Shown: positions 48,847-62,751, counted from the first letter of the stretch. The stretch: DNA of 64,000 nucleotides from Octopus sinensis (GCF_006345805.1 NW_021833036.1:95095-159094); one strand, 5' to 3'. Translations and numbers: made by a program. The notes: generated from the sequence alone by a model not told the origin.

Positions 48847-51800
48847 CCCCATGTATATATGCATACATATTCAGATACAAATTATATATATATGTATATA
48901 TATGCATATCCATATACACACACATACTTGAATAACAGAAACAAAAACATAGTGAAATTTCTACATGAAACGTTATTATTAATAGTAGTAGTATTAGTAA
49001 CAGTAGTAGTAATAGTAGTAGTAGTATACATATAAGTATGCATTGACAGATTTTATTGTTTCATTTATTTTTTTACACAAACACATGTAAAAACGTACCC
49101 CCCCCCCTTCATCAGTCATTTGATAAAAAGTCAATGAAAGTAAGTTAATGATGAATGTGTCAACAATGAAGAAGTTGATTAATGGAATAGAGGAGTAGTA
49201 TTAGTAGTGGTGGCTGTGGTAAAAGTAGTGGTAGTAGTAGTAGTGGTGGTATTTGATTAATGAGGGTGAAGCGGTGAAGTGTAAGGTGTTTCTCTCTCAA
49301 AAAAAAAAAAAATCAATTTTAGTTTTGTTGTTGAGCAAAGAGAATTAAAGATTCTGATGAAGAAAATAAAAAGATAAAAAGGAAAACAAATTTTTAATCG
49401 GTGAAAACAATATATAAGTACATACGTGAGTGTGTGTGTGTGTGTGTATGTATGTGTGTGTGTGTATGTGTATACATACCATGATTGCTATATAAGTTTC
49501 GACAAGGGTCATCAAACTTTTGTCCCTTGAGAAACTTTAACTTCTGCTATTTAAAAATAAGCAAAAAATACGTTTTATATATGTGTATATATATGTGTAT
49601 ATATATGTGTATATATATGAATATATATATATATATATATATAATGTGTGTGTGTGTGTATATATATATATGTGTGTGTGTATATGTATATGTATATATA
49701 TGTATATATATATGTATATATGTATATATATATATATGTATATATATATATGTGTATATATATATATGTATGTATATATATGTATATATATATATGAATA
49801 TATGTATATATATATATGTATATATATATATATGTATATATATGTATGTATATATATATATGTGTGTGTATATATATATGTGTGTGTAAATATACACTAA
49901 TCTTGGTTACATATATTTGCCTGAGTGTGTACATCTGTATTTATATGTGTGTGTGTGTGTGACATATATAACTTGTGACATTTTTGTAGTCCAGACAAAA
50001 AAAACCAAAAAAAAAAAAAACAGAAAAGGTGAAAAGAAAAAGAAAATCCCCAAAACTCAATCACGAACTTCAATTAGCAAAATTTAAATTAACCCCCCAA
50101 TAATTTAATCTGCTCCATCAAGCAACAGATTCACCCCCCCAACCCCTCTATATATATATATAAAAAAAAAATTAAAAAAATAAAATAAAAGTAAAAATTA
50201 TTTATTTCTCTTTGGATGACATTTACAATACATTTCTTAATGAAAAAAAGACCATCGCAGGTGAGTGAATGAGGAATTAACAGACGAGGTATGTGTAAAA
50301 AGAGAAATTGCGTACAGTTTAGTAACAAGATAATCTCCTTTTATTATGCAAAACTTGTAATAAAAGGCGATCCAGCCGTAAAAATCCGGATTAGGTTTTT
50401 ATATTTATTCGTATCTTATATTGGATTATTTGTATGATTTTGTAGACATCATGGACTAGCATGATCCAGTGAGTTCCTTTCTTTCTATAAGTCAGTGGTG
50501 GTTTGTCATCTAAGGGAAATTTGGCTGCGGTTTTTAGCAGGCCATGTGACCACATAAGGCTTCTTCTTTGCGGAGTTCATGGGTGGATAGATAATACAGA
50601 CAATTCTATAAAAGGGAAAATAAATAAAATAATATGAAGGTGCACTTGTTGCTGTTTAGCTTCTGTGGTCAACTCAAGCCCCTTTCAAACAGACATGTAA
50701 TCAAATATATTCCATTCCGGCCATGGCTATCCCATCTAATTCTTATTCTGGGATTAACCTTATCGAACACTATATTATCAAATATGCTCTAAATTTTTCC
50801 TGTTTTTTGTTTGCTTGTGTCTAAAACTGCAGGGATTGGTTTTGATTTAAGGGGGAGATTTGGCTTTTATTTCTAGCTGGTTGAGAGTCCACATAGAGGC
50901 CTGCTCTACTGTGGGTCCTTGCGAAAAAAATTTAACATGTTATAGGACAGGAGCAGGGCGGAAAGAGGGAAGCACAGACTTTTTTAATATTTTTACCAGA
51001 TTTGGCAGCAGGAAGATAGCATTTATTTGGGCTTTCTGCAAATAGGGTTTAAATTAACAATTTTTTGGGGGGAACAATTTTTTAGGGGAACACACACATT
51101 CTATTATTTATTTCAGTGATTTGACTGTAGCTATGCTTGAGCACAGCCTTGGAGGTTTCTAGTTGAACAAATCGAACCCAGGACTTATTTTTAAAGCCTA
51201 GTACTTAATTTGTTGGTCTCTTTTGCCAAACCGCTAAGTTACAGGGACATAAACACACCAACACAGGTTGCCAAGCAGAGATGGAGAGGTGAGAGGGACA
51301 AATACAGACACACACAAATAAATATATACATACATATACATATATATGATGGGCTTCCTTCTGTTTCTTACTTCTTTATTGCTCACAAGGGGACAAACAA
51401 GGACGGACAAAGGTATTAAGACAAAGGTATTAAGTCGATTACATCGACCCCAGTGCGTAACTGGTACTTAATTTATCGACCCTGAAAGGATGAAAGGCAA
51501 AGTTGACCTCAGCGGAATTTGAACTCAGAATGTAAAGACAGATAAAATACCTATTTCTTTACTACCCACAAGGGGCTAAACATAGAGGGAATAAACAAGG
51601 ACAGACAAACGGATTAAGTCGATTATATCGACCCCAGTGCGTAACTGGTACTTATTTAATCAACCCCGAAAGGATGAAAGGCAAAGTCGACCTCGGCGTA
51701 ATTTGAACTCAGAACATAGCGGTAGACGAAATACTGCTAAGCATTTCACCCGGTGTGCTAATGATTCTGCCAGCTTGCCGCCTTCTGTTTCTATCTGGGC

Positions 51801-52059
51801 TTCCACGCAGTTTCCATCTACCAAATCCACTTACAAGGCATTGGTTGTCCTGACGTTATTGTAGAAGACACTGAAACTCGATTAGCTTCCTCTCTCAATC
51901 AGATCGACATGGCTTCTACACATGAATGGCATGCCACACATCTGTTGTTAAAGGGAACGCAGAGCAATATGGAATGAAGTGTCTTGTTCAAGAACACAAT
52001 GGGGTGTTCAGTCCAAGAACCGAACCCATAGTCTGGTGCAACACCTTAACTACTAGGCC

Positions 52060-52736
52060 GTATATATATATGTGTGTGTGTATAAATATGTGTGTATATA
52101 TATGCTTTTGTATGCATATGTGTATATATATATGTATGTATATATATATGTATGTATATATATATGTATGTATATGTATATATATGTGTGTATATGTGTG
52201 TGTGTATATATATATGTATGTATATATATATGTATGTATATATATATGTATGTATATGTATATATATGTGTGTATATGTGTGTGTGTATATATATATGTA
52301 TGTATATATATATGTATGTATATATATATGTATGTATATGTATATATATGTGTGTATATGTGTGTGTGTGTATATATATATGTATGTATATATATATGTA
52401 TGTATATATATATGTATGTATATGTATATATATGTGTGTATATGTGTGTGTGTATATATATATGTATGTATATATGTGTGTGTATATAAATATGGTCATC
52501 ATCATCATCATCATCGTTTAACGTCTGCTTTCCATGCTAGCATATGTGTACATATGTATGTGTATATATGCATATGTATATATATATATGTACGTGTATA
52601 AATTTCACCTAGTGAAATTAATCATATTTCACCCTTTATATGTATTGAATATATGTACGTGCATATATATATATATGTATGTATGTGTATATGTGTGGAT
52701 ATGTGTGTGTATATATATGTGTGGATATGTGTATGT

Positions 52737-52760
<24 letters not shown>
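52060..52760. repeat. Compound (TA/TG) microsatellite with ~80-bp higher-order period
   Basis: GTGTGTATATGTGTGTGTG recurs at roughly 52186, 52268, 52348 and 52435. Similar AT fields at 30830-31080, 39640-40025, 48460-48930, 49520-49960, 53440-53640 and 54160-54330. Confidence 0.85.
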
Positions 52761-52767
<7 letters not shown>

Positions 52768-52769
52768 AA

Positions 52770-52962
52770 TTGAAATAAATGAACAATAATAGATAATAAT
52801 AGAACGTACTATTTTGATGCTCTGTAAAAAGAGAGAGTTTTTGATGTTTCAAGCAATAGCTCTTTGTCGGAAAAAGGGAAAGTCCCAAAAAGTAACAGAA
52901 ATCATCAACAGTAGGTGTGTGGTTACATTTACTGAAGTGATTGGAAATCACTTCAGCAAAAT
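52770..52962. mobile_element. Dispersed repeat, probable Penelope terminal-repeat fragment (paralog 57862-58086)
   Basis: About 200 bp shared with 57862-58086; carries a decayed hammerhead-like CCGACAA-AGAGC....GCTT-GAAACATC on -. Confidence 0.55.
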
Positions 52963-54221
52963 ATATATAATATATATATATATATATACACATACATATA
53001 TACATATATACATACATATATATAGACAAAGTGAGAGAGACGTGAATAGATATAAAGAGGGGGGATTTGTTTGCAACTGTTCTATAGCCCCAGGTTTCCC
53101 ATTATTGAGCAAGGAATGAATGTCTGTGTTCCACCCATGACCACTCCAACTTACATCGTAGTTTATTTTAGGACACTAGTATCCAAACATCACCATATAT
53201 TTAAAGACAATGTGGGCTGTGAATTTGAGGGGGGGGGGGGAATTTGGCTGCTGCTTCTAGCAAGACGAGTGACTACATAGAGGCTCCCTCATTGGTTCTT
53301 GGATGTTTGTGGTGTGTGTGTGTGTGTGTGAAAAATAAGTTAGTACATTTGTTTTTGTTCTTTAGCTTGATTTTAGTTACCACCACTGAGACCATGCTGG
53401 AGCATGTGTGTTTATATTTGTGGGTGTGTGAGTGCATATGCGTATATATATATTTACATATATATATATATATATTAGATAATATATATATATATATATA
53501 TATATACATACCACACACACAAACATTATATATATTATATATATATATATAATATATATATGTATATATATATATATATAATATGTATGTATATATATAA
53601 TTATATATATATATATAGATATATATATATATATATAATATACATTTAAATTTATGAATGTTGGCTTTTTGGCTTAGAATTTTTCTGGAATGTTTAGACT
53701 ATTCTGTGAGGACAGTGACAATCCTGGAGGTACTGCAGTTCAACAGGGAATTACAGAACAGGAAATGTTCATAACCATTTTACACAGCATATCCGAGACA
53801 GTACCTCTGGTTACAGGATATTTGGAATGACATATATATATATATACAATAGGATTGCTTATAAAGTTCATAATCCTTGTAACAATTTCTTTGAGTTTCT
53901 GCAATGCAACGAGAGAATTTGGTAAAACTTTGGTCTCGTTAACATTTTTGCTGTTTTCTTTTATTTTTTCGTCTTTTTTTTTTGTTTTTTTTTTTTACTT
54001 CAAAGAATTTAGCTCTGTGGAAATTTTTGGTATATTTATTTTTTTTCTATTCTTCTTCATCATTCTGCTTTAAATTGGCTTTGAAGTTTAAAATGATTCC
54101 GTTTGTGTTGTTACAGTCCAGTTCAATATCTGCTGTAGATCATAATGAAATTGCTTGTTAACATATATATATACATATTATATACATACATATATATATA
54201 TATATATACATACATATATAC

Positions 54222-54268
<47 letters not shown>

Positions 54269-55614
54269 CACATATATATACATATATATACATATATATA
54301 TACATACATATATATACATATACATATATATAGTGTATTTTGTGTGTTCAGTTAGATGTATGACTGTTCTCTTTGAGTTTAGAACTCCACACAGATGATG
54401 ATCATCATCCAATTTGCTTCCGGTATTGGTTATGATAATCTATTGGGGTTAAGCATCCAATTTGCACTTAGAACATCAATGCAGATATTCCAAACAACCA
54501 CAATGGTGAAACATACGTAGGAAACAAATGATATTAATTTGTGTTTATCATAATAAATATATATATATGTGTGTGTGTTTGTGTGTGTAAAGAGTTTTGT
54601 TGTTTTATAGAATAATTCTATATTCTTCAACATTGGTCCTTTTTGTTTTTGAACTGGCTTTTAAATTATTAAATTATTAAATATAAATTTTATTTGTACT
54701 GTAACAATTTAATTTAATATCTGCCTGCTATAGTTTATCTAAACTCATTGGTGTGTTATTAAAAAAGAAAGTAAAATTCCATAGGTTTATGAAACCAATT
54801 TCTGTTCTTCAAAATTATATTTTGAAATGGTTTTAAAGTTTTAAATATGATTCCCTTTCGAAAGCTCCAGTCTTTCTGCTGCAGAATTCTTTAAAGAATT
54901 CTTTGTACCATTTCAAAAACATAATACATATGTATATAATAATTCTTTCAACAATAAGCACAAGACCTACAATTTTGTGGGGGGAATAAGTTGACCACAT
55001 CAACGTAGTGCTCAACAAGTCCTTGTTTCATAGAGCCCCGAACGGATGACAGGTAAAGTAACCTTGACAGAATTTGAACCCAGACCACAATGATGGATGA
55101 AATGCCATTAAGTATTTTTGTTCAGCATCCTAACAACTCTGCCATCTTGTCATCTTATACATAATCCTTTTTTACTATAAGCACAGGGCCTGAAATTTTT
55201 TTGTGGGGTGCTAGTCAATTACATCGACCCCAGTGCTCAACTGGTATTTAATTTATCAACCCCAATAGGATGAAAAGGCAAAGTTGACCTTGGCAGGACT
55301 TGAACTCAGAATGTAAAAATGGCGAAATGTCACGAAATATTTTGTCTGGCGTGCAAAAAAATTCTACCAGCTCGCTGCCTTAAATATGTATATACTCTTT
55401 CTTTTTCTTTTCTCTTTTTACTTGTTTCAGTCATTTGACTGCGGCCATGCTGGAGCACCGCCTTTAGTCGAGCAAATCGACCCCGGCACTTATTCTTTGT
55501 AAGCCCAGTACTTATTCTATCAGTCTCTTTTGCCGAACCGCTAAGTGACGGGGACGTAAACACACCAGCATCGGTTGTCAAGCGATATTGGGGGGGACAA
55601 ACACAGACACACAA

Positions 55615-55645
<31 letters not shown>

Positions 55646-55833
55646 CATATATACGACAGGCTTCTTTCAATTTCCGTCTACCAAATCCACTCACAAGGCA
55701 TTGGTTGGCCCGGGGCTATAGCAGAAGACACTTGCCCAAGATGCCACGCAGTGGGACTGAACCCGGAACCATGTGGTTGGTTAGCAAGCTACTTACCACA
55801 CAGCCACTCCTGCGCCTATATATATATATATAT

Positions 55834-55908
<75 letters not shown>

Positions 55909-56516
55909 TATATTATATATACATATATACGACTGGCTTCTTTCAGTTTCCGTCTACCAAATCCACTCACAAGGCATTGGTCGGCCGGGGCTATAGCAGA
56001 AGACACTTGCCCAAGATGCTACGCAGTGGGACTGAACCCGGAACCTTGTGGTTGGTTAGCAAGCTACTTACACACAGCCACTCCTGCGCCTATATATAAA
56101 TAAATAATAATTCTGTAGGTTAAGGAAACCAAATTTCGTATTCTTCAAAATCATTCTGTTTATGAAAGGGTTTAAACTTTTAAATATAATGTACCAGTTC
56201 TATTTAACATGTCTATCTGCTATCAATTCAGATTTATTTTTTTTTAAAGTATTCAAGAGAAATATTTTCTGATCTCTATCTAGCAGAATTTATATATTTG
56301 TCAAGATGGTGCATTATTATATATTTTTTTTTTTTTTGGCAAAAGATGTGATATTAATAATTATAACAATGATAATAATAATAATAATAATAATCCAGGC
56401 TGAATGCTTTGGGTTTTTTTTGGGGTTTTTTTGTGTGTGTTTTGTCTTGTTCATTGTTTGTGTTTTTTTTTTGTTTTTGGTTCTGATTAAGTTTTAGAAA
56501 TTGTAGTTGAGGACAA

Positions 56517-56678
56517 CTAAAGTGCTGTTCGTTCATCGTATACAACTTCTGATTCGTTATGTATGAGACAATCTGTGTCGTTAGAGTAAAGCGCAGTGTG
56601 TGGTAAGGTACTGTTTTTCATGAGGGCTATCGCTGCTGCACTTTCGTTTCTCATGCGGTTCTTCTTCTTCGTGTCCAC
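56517..56678 (-). CDS. Gene 2 (unidentified), last coding exon, ends ERTAL*
   Basis: Strong acceptor (T-run, ctttgttctaacttag|), phase 0; VDTKKKNRMRNESAAAIALMKNSTLPHTALYSNDTDCLIHNESEVVYDERTAL*. Candidate AATAAA on - at 56238-56233. Confidence 0.8.
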   Translation of the reverse strand: MDTKKKNRMRNESAAAIALMKNSTLPHTALYSNDTDCLIHNESEVVYDERTAL

Positions 56679-56711
56679 CTAAGTTAGAACAAAGAAAAAA
56701 AAATCGTCAGT

Positions 56712-56820
56712 TTGAGGCACAAGCACTTACACGCATACACACACACACACACACACACATGGCACAAGCTAGTTTGAGGCGCACATACACACACACACAC
56801 ATGGCACAAGCTAGTTTGAG

Positions 56821-56851
<31 letters not shown>

Positions 56852-56990
56852 TGGCAGAAGCTAGTTTGAGGTGCACACACACACACACACACACATGGCA
56901 GAAGCTAGTTTGAGGCACACACACACACATACACACACACATGCATACACACACATGGCACAAGCTAGTTTGAGGCACACACACACATAC
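56712..56990. repeat. Minisatellite: (CA)n plus TGGCACAAGCTAGTTTGAGG, about 5 copies
   Basis: Direct reading; lies about 35 bp from the gene 2 last-exon acceptor. Confidence 0.9.
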
Positions 56991-57517
56991 AGTAGAACTT
57001 TTAGCCACCAAGTTCCTTTTCAAGGCTTTGTTGGCTTGGGAGTTTATAGTACAAAACACTTGCCCATGGTGCTGCACAGTGGGACTGAACCTGAAACTAT
57101 GTGGTTGAGAAGTGGCCCTAAGAACCCTGTGCCGCACAAATAATATGACAAAGGTCTGGGTTCCCTGTCAATATGAAACCCTCCAAAAAGACTTGCCCTC
57201 TTCAGCAAAACTCTATGTTTTAGGTTATCCACTTGTTAGTGCTTGCCCCCTACTCAAGCATTATGCCTGTCCCTTTCTTCTATCCCCTAGCTCTTTCACA
57301 CCATCCAATTAATTATAACTTTCTTTTGCCCCCGTCCACCTTGTGACCATAATCTTTACTACTCTTGCTGCTTGCCCCACCCCACTTTTATGCATCTTCC
57401 TATCTTCCGCTGCTCATAGTTCTAGCTTCATTTTGGCAGTCCTTCTCCTAACCCCTAATTCTCCTTCCTACACAATCTTGTAAAACACCTACTCTTCTAT
57501 TCAAGAAAGGATTAGTT

Positions 57518-57605
57518 GTTTAGTACAATTTTTTCATACGAAGAACAGATTTATTAAAGCTGCAAAATTGCAGCAAATACAAGTGTCCCGTATTCATCAG
57601 CCAAA
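57518..57605 (-). ncRNA. Near-intact type I hammerhead motif in a gene 2 intron (sense)
   Basis: UUUGG-CUGAUGA-AUACG...CGUAU-GAAA-AAAUUGUA-CUAAA; helix I 5 bp; a single C15.2>A change from the palindrome ACAAUUGU. Confidence 0.6.
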
Positions 57606-57815
57606 ACACATATGAATTCTCCAAACATCCTAGGGGGTGAGGCTACACTCATGAAGTATCGAAGAGTGTTCTATGAAAAGCAAAGTTAGATTGTAAGCAG
57701 ACTTAAAATGTTCTCTAATGATGCATCTAAGTTAAGTACCACATTCATGTGAATTCATTGGAACTCACTTGAATCTTAATTGTTTTACTGAAATTATATA
57801 TATATATTATATATA

Positions 57816-57847
<32 letters not shown>

Positions 57848-58914
57848 AATATATATATATATAATCAATTGATATAAATGAACAATAAAATTAACAATAA
57901 TAGACAAGAAGAAGATGTGTACAAGGAACGTATTAGTTTGATGCTCAGTAAAAAGAGAGAGTTTTTGATGTTTCAAGCAATGGCTCTTTGTCGGAAAAGG
58001 GGAAAGTCCCAAAAAGGAAAAGAAATCACCAACAGTAGGTGTGTGGTTACATTTACTGAAGTGACCGGAAATCACTTCAGCAAAATCCAGGAAGATCAAT
58101 TCATTAGAATTTTATTCAACATATTCCCCTCTCAGAAAAACTAAAGGGCCACTGCAATAAGTATGTGAATTTAAGCCCTGTAAAAGAACTCAGAAGGCTG
58201 GGCCTCCAACCAGGCCTTTCGCAATACCCTTAAAGCCAAGAAGTTTGCATCACCCCCTTGTAGTTCCCACTAATCATTTTCTCTTTCTCTCTCTCATGTT
58301 TCCCTTCAACATGGGACCCATCTACAGGAACCTCCTTTGTTCTTCTACCCCACAAAACACTACCAAATCCTCTGTCAGGATTCATAGTCCTGCAAACTGC
58401 ATGGCAACCCCAACAGATGGGTGGCATGAAAATAAGCATTCAGTCCACACTGTAAAACAGTTGGTATCACTAGGTACTTCCATGCCTCAGCAGACATTGG
58501 AACCTGATGCAGTCCTTGGACACACTGGATCTGGTCAAAACTGTCCAATCCATGCCAGCATGGAACATCAACATTAAACAGTGATGATCTGCACCAGGAA
58601 TTTTTAGAAAATACTTTTAGAACTTGTGGTGGTGGCACGTGAAAAAACATTTGAGCGAGGTCGTTGCCAGTGCCGCTGGATTGGCTCCTGTGCAGGTGGC
58701 ACATGAAAAGCACCATTTGAGTGTGGCCGTTGCCAGAACCGCCAGACTGGCCCTCGTGCCGGTGGCATGTAAAAGCACCCACTACACTCTCAGAGTGGTT
58801 GGTGTTAGGAAGGGCATCCAGCTGTAGAAACTCTACCAGATCAGATTGGAGCCTGGTGCAGCCATCTGGCACATAAAAAGCACCATTTGAGTGTGGCTGT
58901 TGCCAGTACCGCAC

Positions 58915-59010
58915 GAGGGCCGGTCTGGCCCTCGTGCTGGTCTGGCCCTTGTGCCGGTCTGGCCCTCGTGCCAGTCTGGCCCTCGTGCCTGTCTGGCCCT
59001 CGTGCCGGTG
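58915..59010. repeat. 19-bp tandem repeat (GGTCTGGCCCTCGTGCC) inside an RTE 3'UTR
   Basis: About 5 copies. Confidence 0.85.
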
Positions 59011-59266
59011 GCACATAAACGCACCCACTACACTTTTGGAGTGGTTGGCGTTAGGAAGGGCATCCAGCTGTAGAAACTCTGCCAGATCAGATTGGAGTCT
59101 GGTGCAGCCATCTGATTCACCAGTCCTACCCCAAATCGTCCAACCCATGCTAGGATGGAAAGCGGACGTTAAACAATCGATAATTCTGAGGCTATGGCAC
59201 GATACGTTCCCAGAGTGTAGTGCCATCTCAATACCTTTATACAGCATAAATAGAAATTCTACTTAC

Positions 59267-59373
59267 TCTAGAATATACTTCTTCTGCCGTCAGTCTTGGA
59301 CTGTCTTCGGGTGAAGGGGGTCCAAAAGTAATTGATCCAGAAGAATCCTCTTCAAATCCAAGGTTTTGAATAC
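59267..59373 (-). CDS. Gene 2 (unidentified), penultimate coding exon
   Basis: ttcattag| ... AGA|gtaagt; 107 nt, phase 1-0; GIQNLGFEEDSSGSITFGPPSPEDSPRLTAEEVYSR. Confidence 0.82.
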
Positions 59374-60481
59374 CTAATGAATAATAATAATAATGAGTTA
59401 GTTCATTAGTGTCTTGGTTATGAAAGCATGAATAGTTGCCGAGTTCGTTTCTCAACCACATGTTACAAGGATTATGTTACAAGGATTATGAACTTTATGA
59501 GCAATCCTATTGTATATATGTCATTCCAAATATCCTGTAACCAGAGGTACTGTTTGGATGCTGTGTAAAATGGTTATGAACATATATATATCAACACACA
59601 CACACATATATACACACACATACACGCACACACATATACACATATATATACACACATATATATATACACGTACATATATATATATATATACATATGCATA
59701 TAGAAATAATGATTTTAAATTTTGGTACAAGATTAGCATTTCTTGGGAGGGGGTTAAATCAATTACATCATCCCCACCACCTTTTTTTTTGTTATTGATC
59801 TTGAAAGGATGAAAGGTAAAGTTCATCTTGACAGAATTTGAACTCAGAACATACAAAAAGACAAAATACTGCAAAGCATTTTGCTTGACATTCTCTTATT
59901 CTCTTATATGTTTCAGCCAATGACTGTGACCATGCTGGAGCACAGCCATTGTAATCATCTTTCCACTTTCCACCTTTGTCGGAGCGGCTTTTGGTGAAGG
60001 ATGGAGTTCGATGCTACTGCCCTCTTTTGATTTTCTTGCTTAGATAGGCGCAGGAGTGGCTGTGTGGTAAGTAGCTTGTTTACCAACCACATGGTTCCGG
60101 GTTCAGTCCCACTGCATAGCACCTTGGGCAAGTGTCTTCTACTATAGCCTCGGGCCAACCAAAGCCTTGTGAGTGGATTTGGTAGACGGAAACTGAAAGA
60201 AGCCTGTCGTATATATGTGTATATATATATGTATGTGTGTGTGTATGTGTTTGTGTGTCTGTGTTTGTCCCCCTAACATCGCTTGACAACCGATGCTGGT
60301 GTGTTTACATCCCCGTCGCTTAGCGGTTCAGCAAAAAGAAACCGATAGAATAAGTACTGGGCTTACAAAGAATAAGTCCCGGGGTCGAGTTGCTCGATTA
60401 AAGGCGGTGCTCCAGCATGGCCGCAGTCAAAATGACTGAAACAAGTAAAAAGAGAAAAAGAGAGAAAGAGATACAGCGAAG

Positions 60482-60735
60482 ATGACATTCCAAAGGCTGG
60501 AGCAATTTGAATGGGAAACGATGCCCCACCCACCATATTCACCGGATGTTGCCCCATCTGATTATCATTTATTCCACAGTCTTCAAAACCATTTGGACGG
60601 AAAAAATATGAATTCTGTAGATGAGGTCAGAACAGTACTGGAGGTGTGTTATTCATCACAGACAAGTTAATTTTGGAAGAAGGGCCTTGCAAGTCTACCA
60701 GATAGATGGAAGAGCATTGTACAAAATGAAGGAAA
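60482..60735 (+). mobile_element. mariner (DD34D) transposase C-terminal fragment
   Basis: HPPYSPDVAPSDYHLFHSLQNHL motif; in-frame stop, then FWKKGLASLPDRWKSIVQNEG. Confidence 0.9.
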
Positions 60736-62091
60736 AGAAGTTGGGATGGTCATGACTGGAACACCATATAGAATGGCAGTAGAGACGATAGGTAGAAGAG
60801 ACAAGGCAGCGAGCTGGCAGAAATGTTAGCACGCCGGGCGAAATGCTTAGCGGTATTTCGTCTGCCGTTACGTTCTGAGTTCAAATTCTGCTGAGGTCGA
60901 CTTTGCCTTTCATCTTTTCGGGGTCGATAAATTAAGTACCAGTTACGCACTGGGGTCGGTGTAATCGACTTAATACCTATGTCTGTCCTTGTTTGTTCCC
61001 TCTGTGTTTAGCCCCTTGTGAGTAATAAAGAAATAGGTAGAAGAGACAGTGCACTTTAAAGGCTAGAGACTGAAACAGATCTATGGGTAACTTTATGTGA
61101 ATTGGTCAGGTGACCTTCTGTTGATGCAGTGTAGGATGCTGGGCCTTGGATTGATAGACCCAAAATGGGTGATGAAAGGGACACAGGCCTCATCAGTGAC
61201 CAATCAGATCTTGTCTGAGGTAAGAAAACAATGATGTATATTGTGGTAAGAAGCTTGCTTACCAACCACATGATTCTGAGTTCAGTCCCACTGCGTGGCA
61301 CCTTGAGCAAGTGTCTTCTGCTAAAATCTTGGCTGATTTAAGCCTTGTGAGTGGATTTGGTAGATGGAGACTGAAAGAAGCCTGTCATATATATATATAT
61401 ATATATGAGGGAATATTATTCCAAACTTAATGGGAAAAATTCAATTTAGAAATACTAAATCAAATTTCACAAAATATAATATATATATATATATATATAA
61501 ATTAGAAAAAAACCCCACCTTTTATCAATTCAATAATGAAAAATTAAATTATACTATTTAGAAAAATAAAACATATAACAATGATTAAGAAATGTGCAAA
61601 ATAATAAATAAAATGTATATATTTGGTTTTATTTATTATTTTGCACATTACTTAATTATTGTTATATGTTTTATCTTATATTTAATCTTTCTATAATATG
61701 TAATTTTTCTAAATGGTATAATTTAACTTTTCATTATTGAATTGATAAAAGGTGGGATTTTTTTCTAATTTATATATATATATATATATATATTAATGAG
61801 TGTGTGCCTTTGTTTGTCCCCCTACCATCGATTGATAACTGGTGTTAGTGTGTTTACATCCCTGTAACTTATCAGTTCGGCAAAAGAGGCCGATAAAATA
61901 AGTACTAGGCTTACAAAGAATAAGTCTTGGAGTTGATTTCTTTAAGAAAAATCCTTTAAGGTGGTGTTCCAGCATGGCTACAGTCAAATGAGTGAAACAA
62001 GTAAAACGATAAAAGAAAGAACACACTCATCAGGTGATTTGGGGGTCGTTAAGGCGAACCAGGTGTTGTACAAGGGAATACTTTGACTTAC

Positions 62092-62233
62092 CAATATGCT
62101 TAACGCCAAAAGATGTCTTTAATTCTTTCGGCCAGAATGTTGGATGAACAAATCCTGGAGAAACATTCTTGTCTTGACTGGCATCAATTTTCTGAATTTC
62201 TCTTTCGGCAGAAGGTCCATCGGAATTGGCATC
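62092..62233 (-). CDS. Gene 2 (unidentified), third-last coding exon
   Basis: ttttctgttcctag| ... G|gtaagt; 142 nt, phase 0-1; DANSDGPSAEREIQKIDASQDKNVSPGFVHPTFWPKELKTSFGVKHI; joins in frame to 59373. Confidence 0.8.
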
Positions 62234-62611
62234 CTAGGAACAGAAAATCAGTAAGAGAATGTAGAAATAAACCAATACATTTGTATACATTTGAGTATAT
62301 GTGTGTGTATATATTTTTTCAGCATTAAAACATTTATATTATTATCATGATTTTCCAATTTTCTTTTCCACTCCATATACCTCATCTGGTAAATATACTG
62401 CCTCTTTTCAAGCGAATTGCTTTTTATAATGGAAGGACTCGTCAGAGTTATATATACATATATATATATTTACCCGTGCTAGCGCGGAAAACGGACGTTA
62501 AACGATGATGATGATATACATATAGGGAGAGTTTACAAAAAAAACAAAAGATGAAGACAGGTGGTGTAGAAAACAAACAGATGTATTAGTAAAATGCTCA
62601 GGAATAAAAAG

Positions 62612-62648
62612 TCTTTTACGTTTCGAGCCTATGCTCTTCTACAGAAAG
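62612..62648 (-). ncRNA. Minimal hammerhead motif, A6U variant
   Basis: CUUU-CUGUAGA-A-GAGCauagGCUC-GAAACGU-A-AAAG. Confidence 0.5.
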
Positions 62649-62708
62649 GGACACAGAAAAAAACAAGGAGAGAAAAAATGCGTGTAGGAGCTAACGATCT
62701 ATCATGGC

Positions 62709-62751
<43 letters not shown>

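Noticed and set aside
54030-54500. Possible extra exons on - (xDIELDCNNTNGIILNFKANLKQNDEEE*; [18 protein letters not shown]...)
   Set aside because: Splice sites are weak or unpaired, the segments lie downstream of the gene 2 stop, and no phase-consistent partner was found; probably UTR or intergenic.
53765-59585. Inverted ~65-bp pair (53765-53832 / 59518-59582) as a composite transposon
   Set aside because: The ends face away from the intervening DNA; these are two separate copies of one small repeat.
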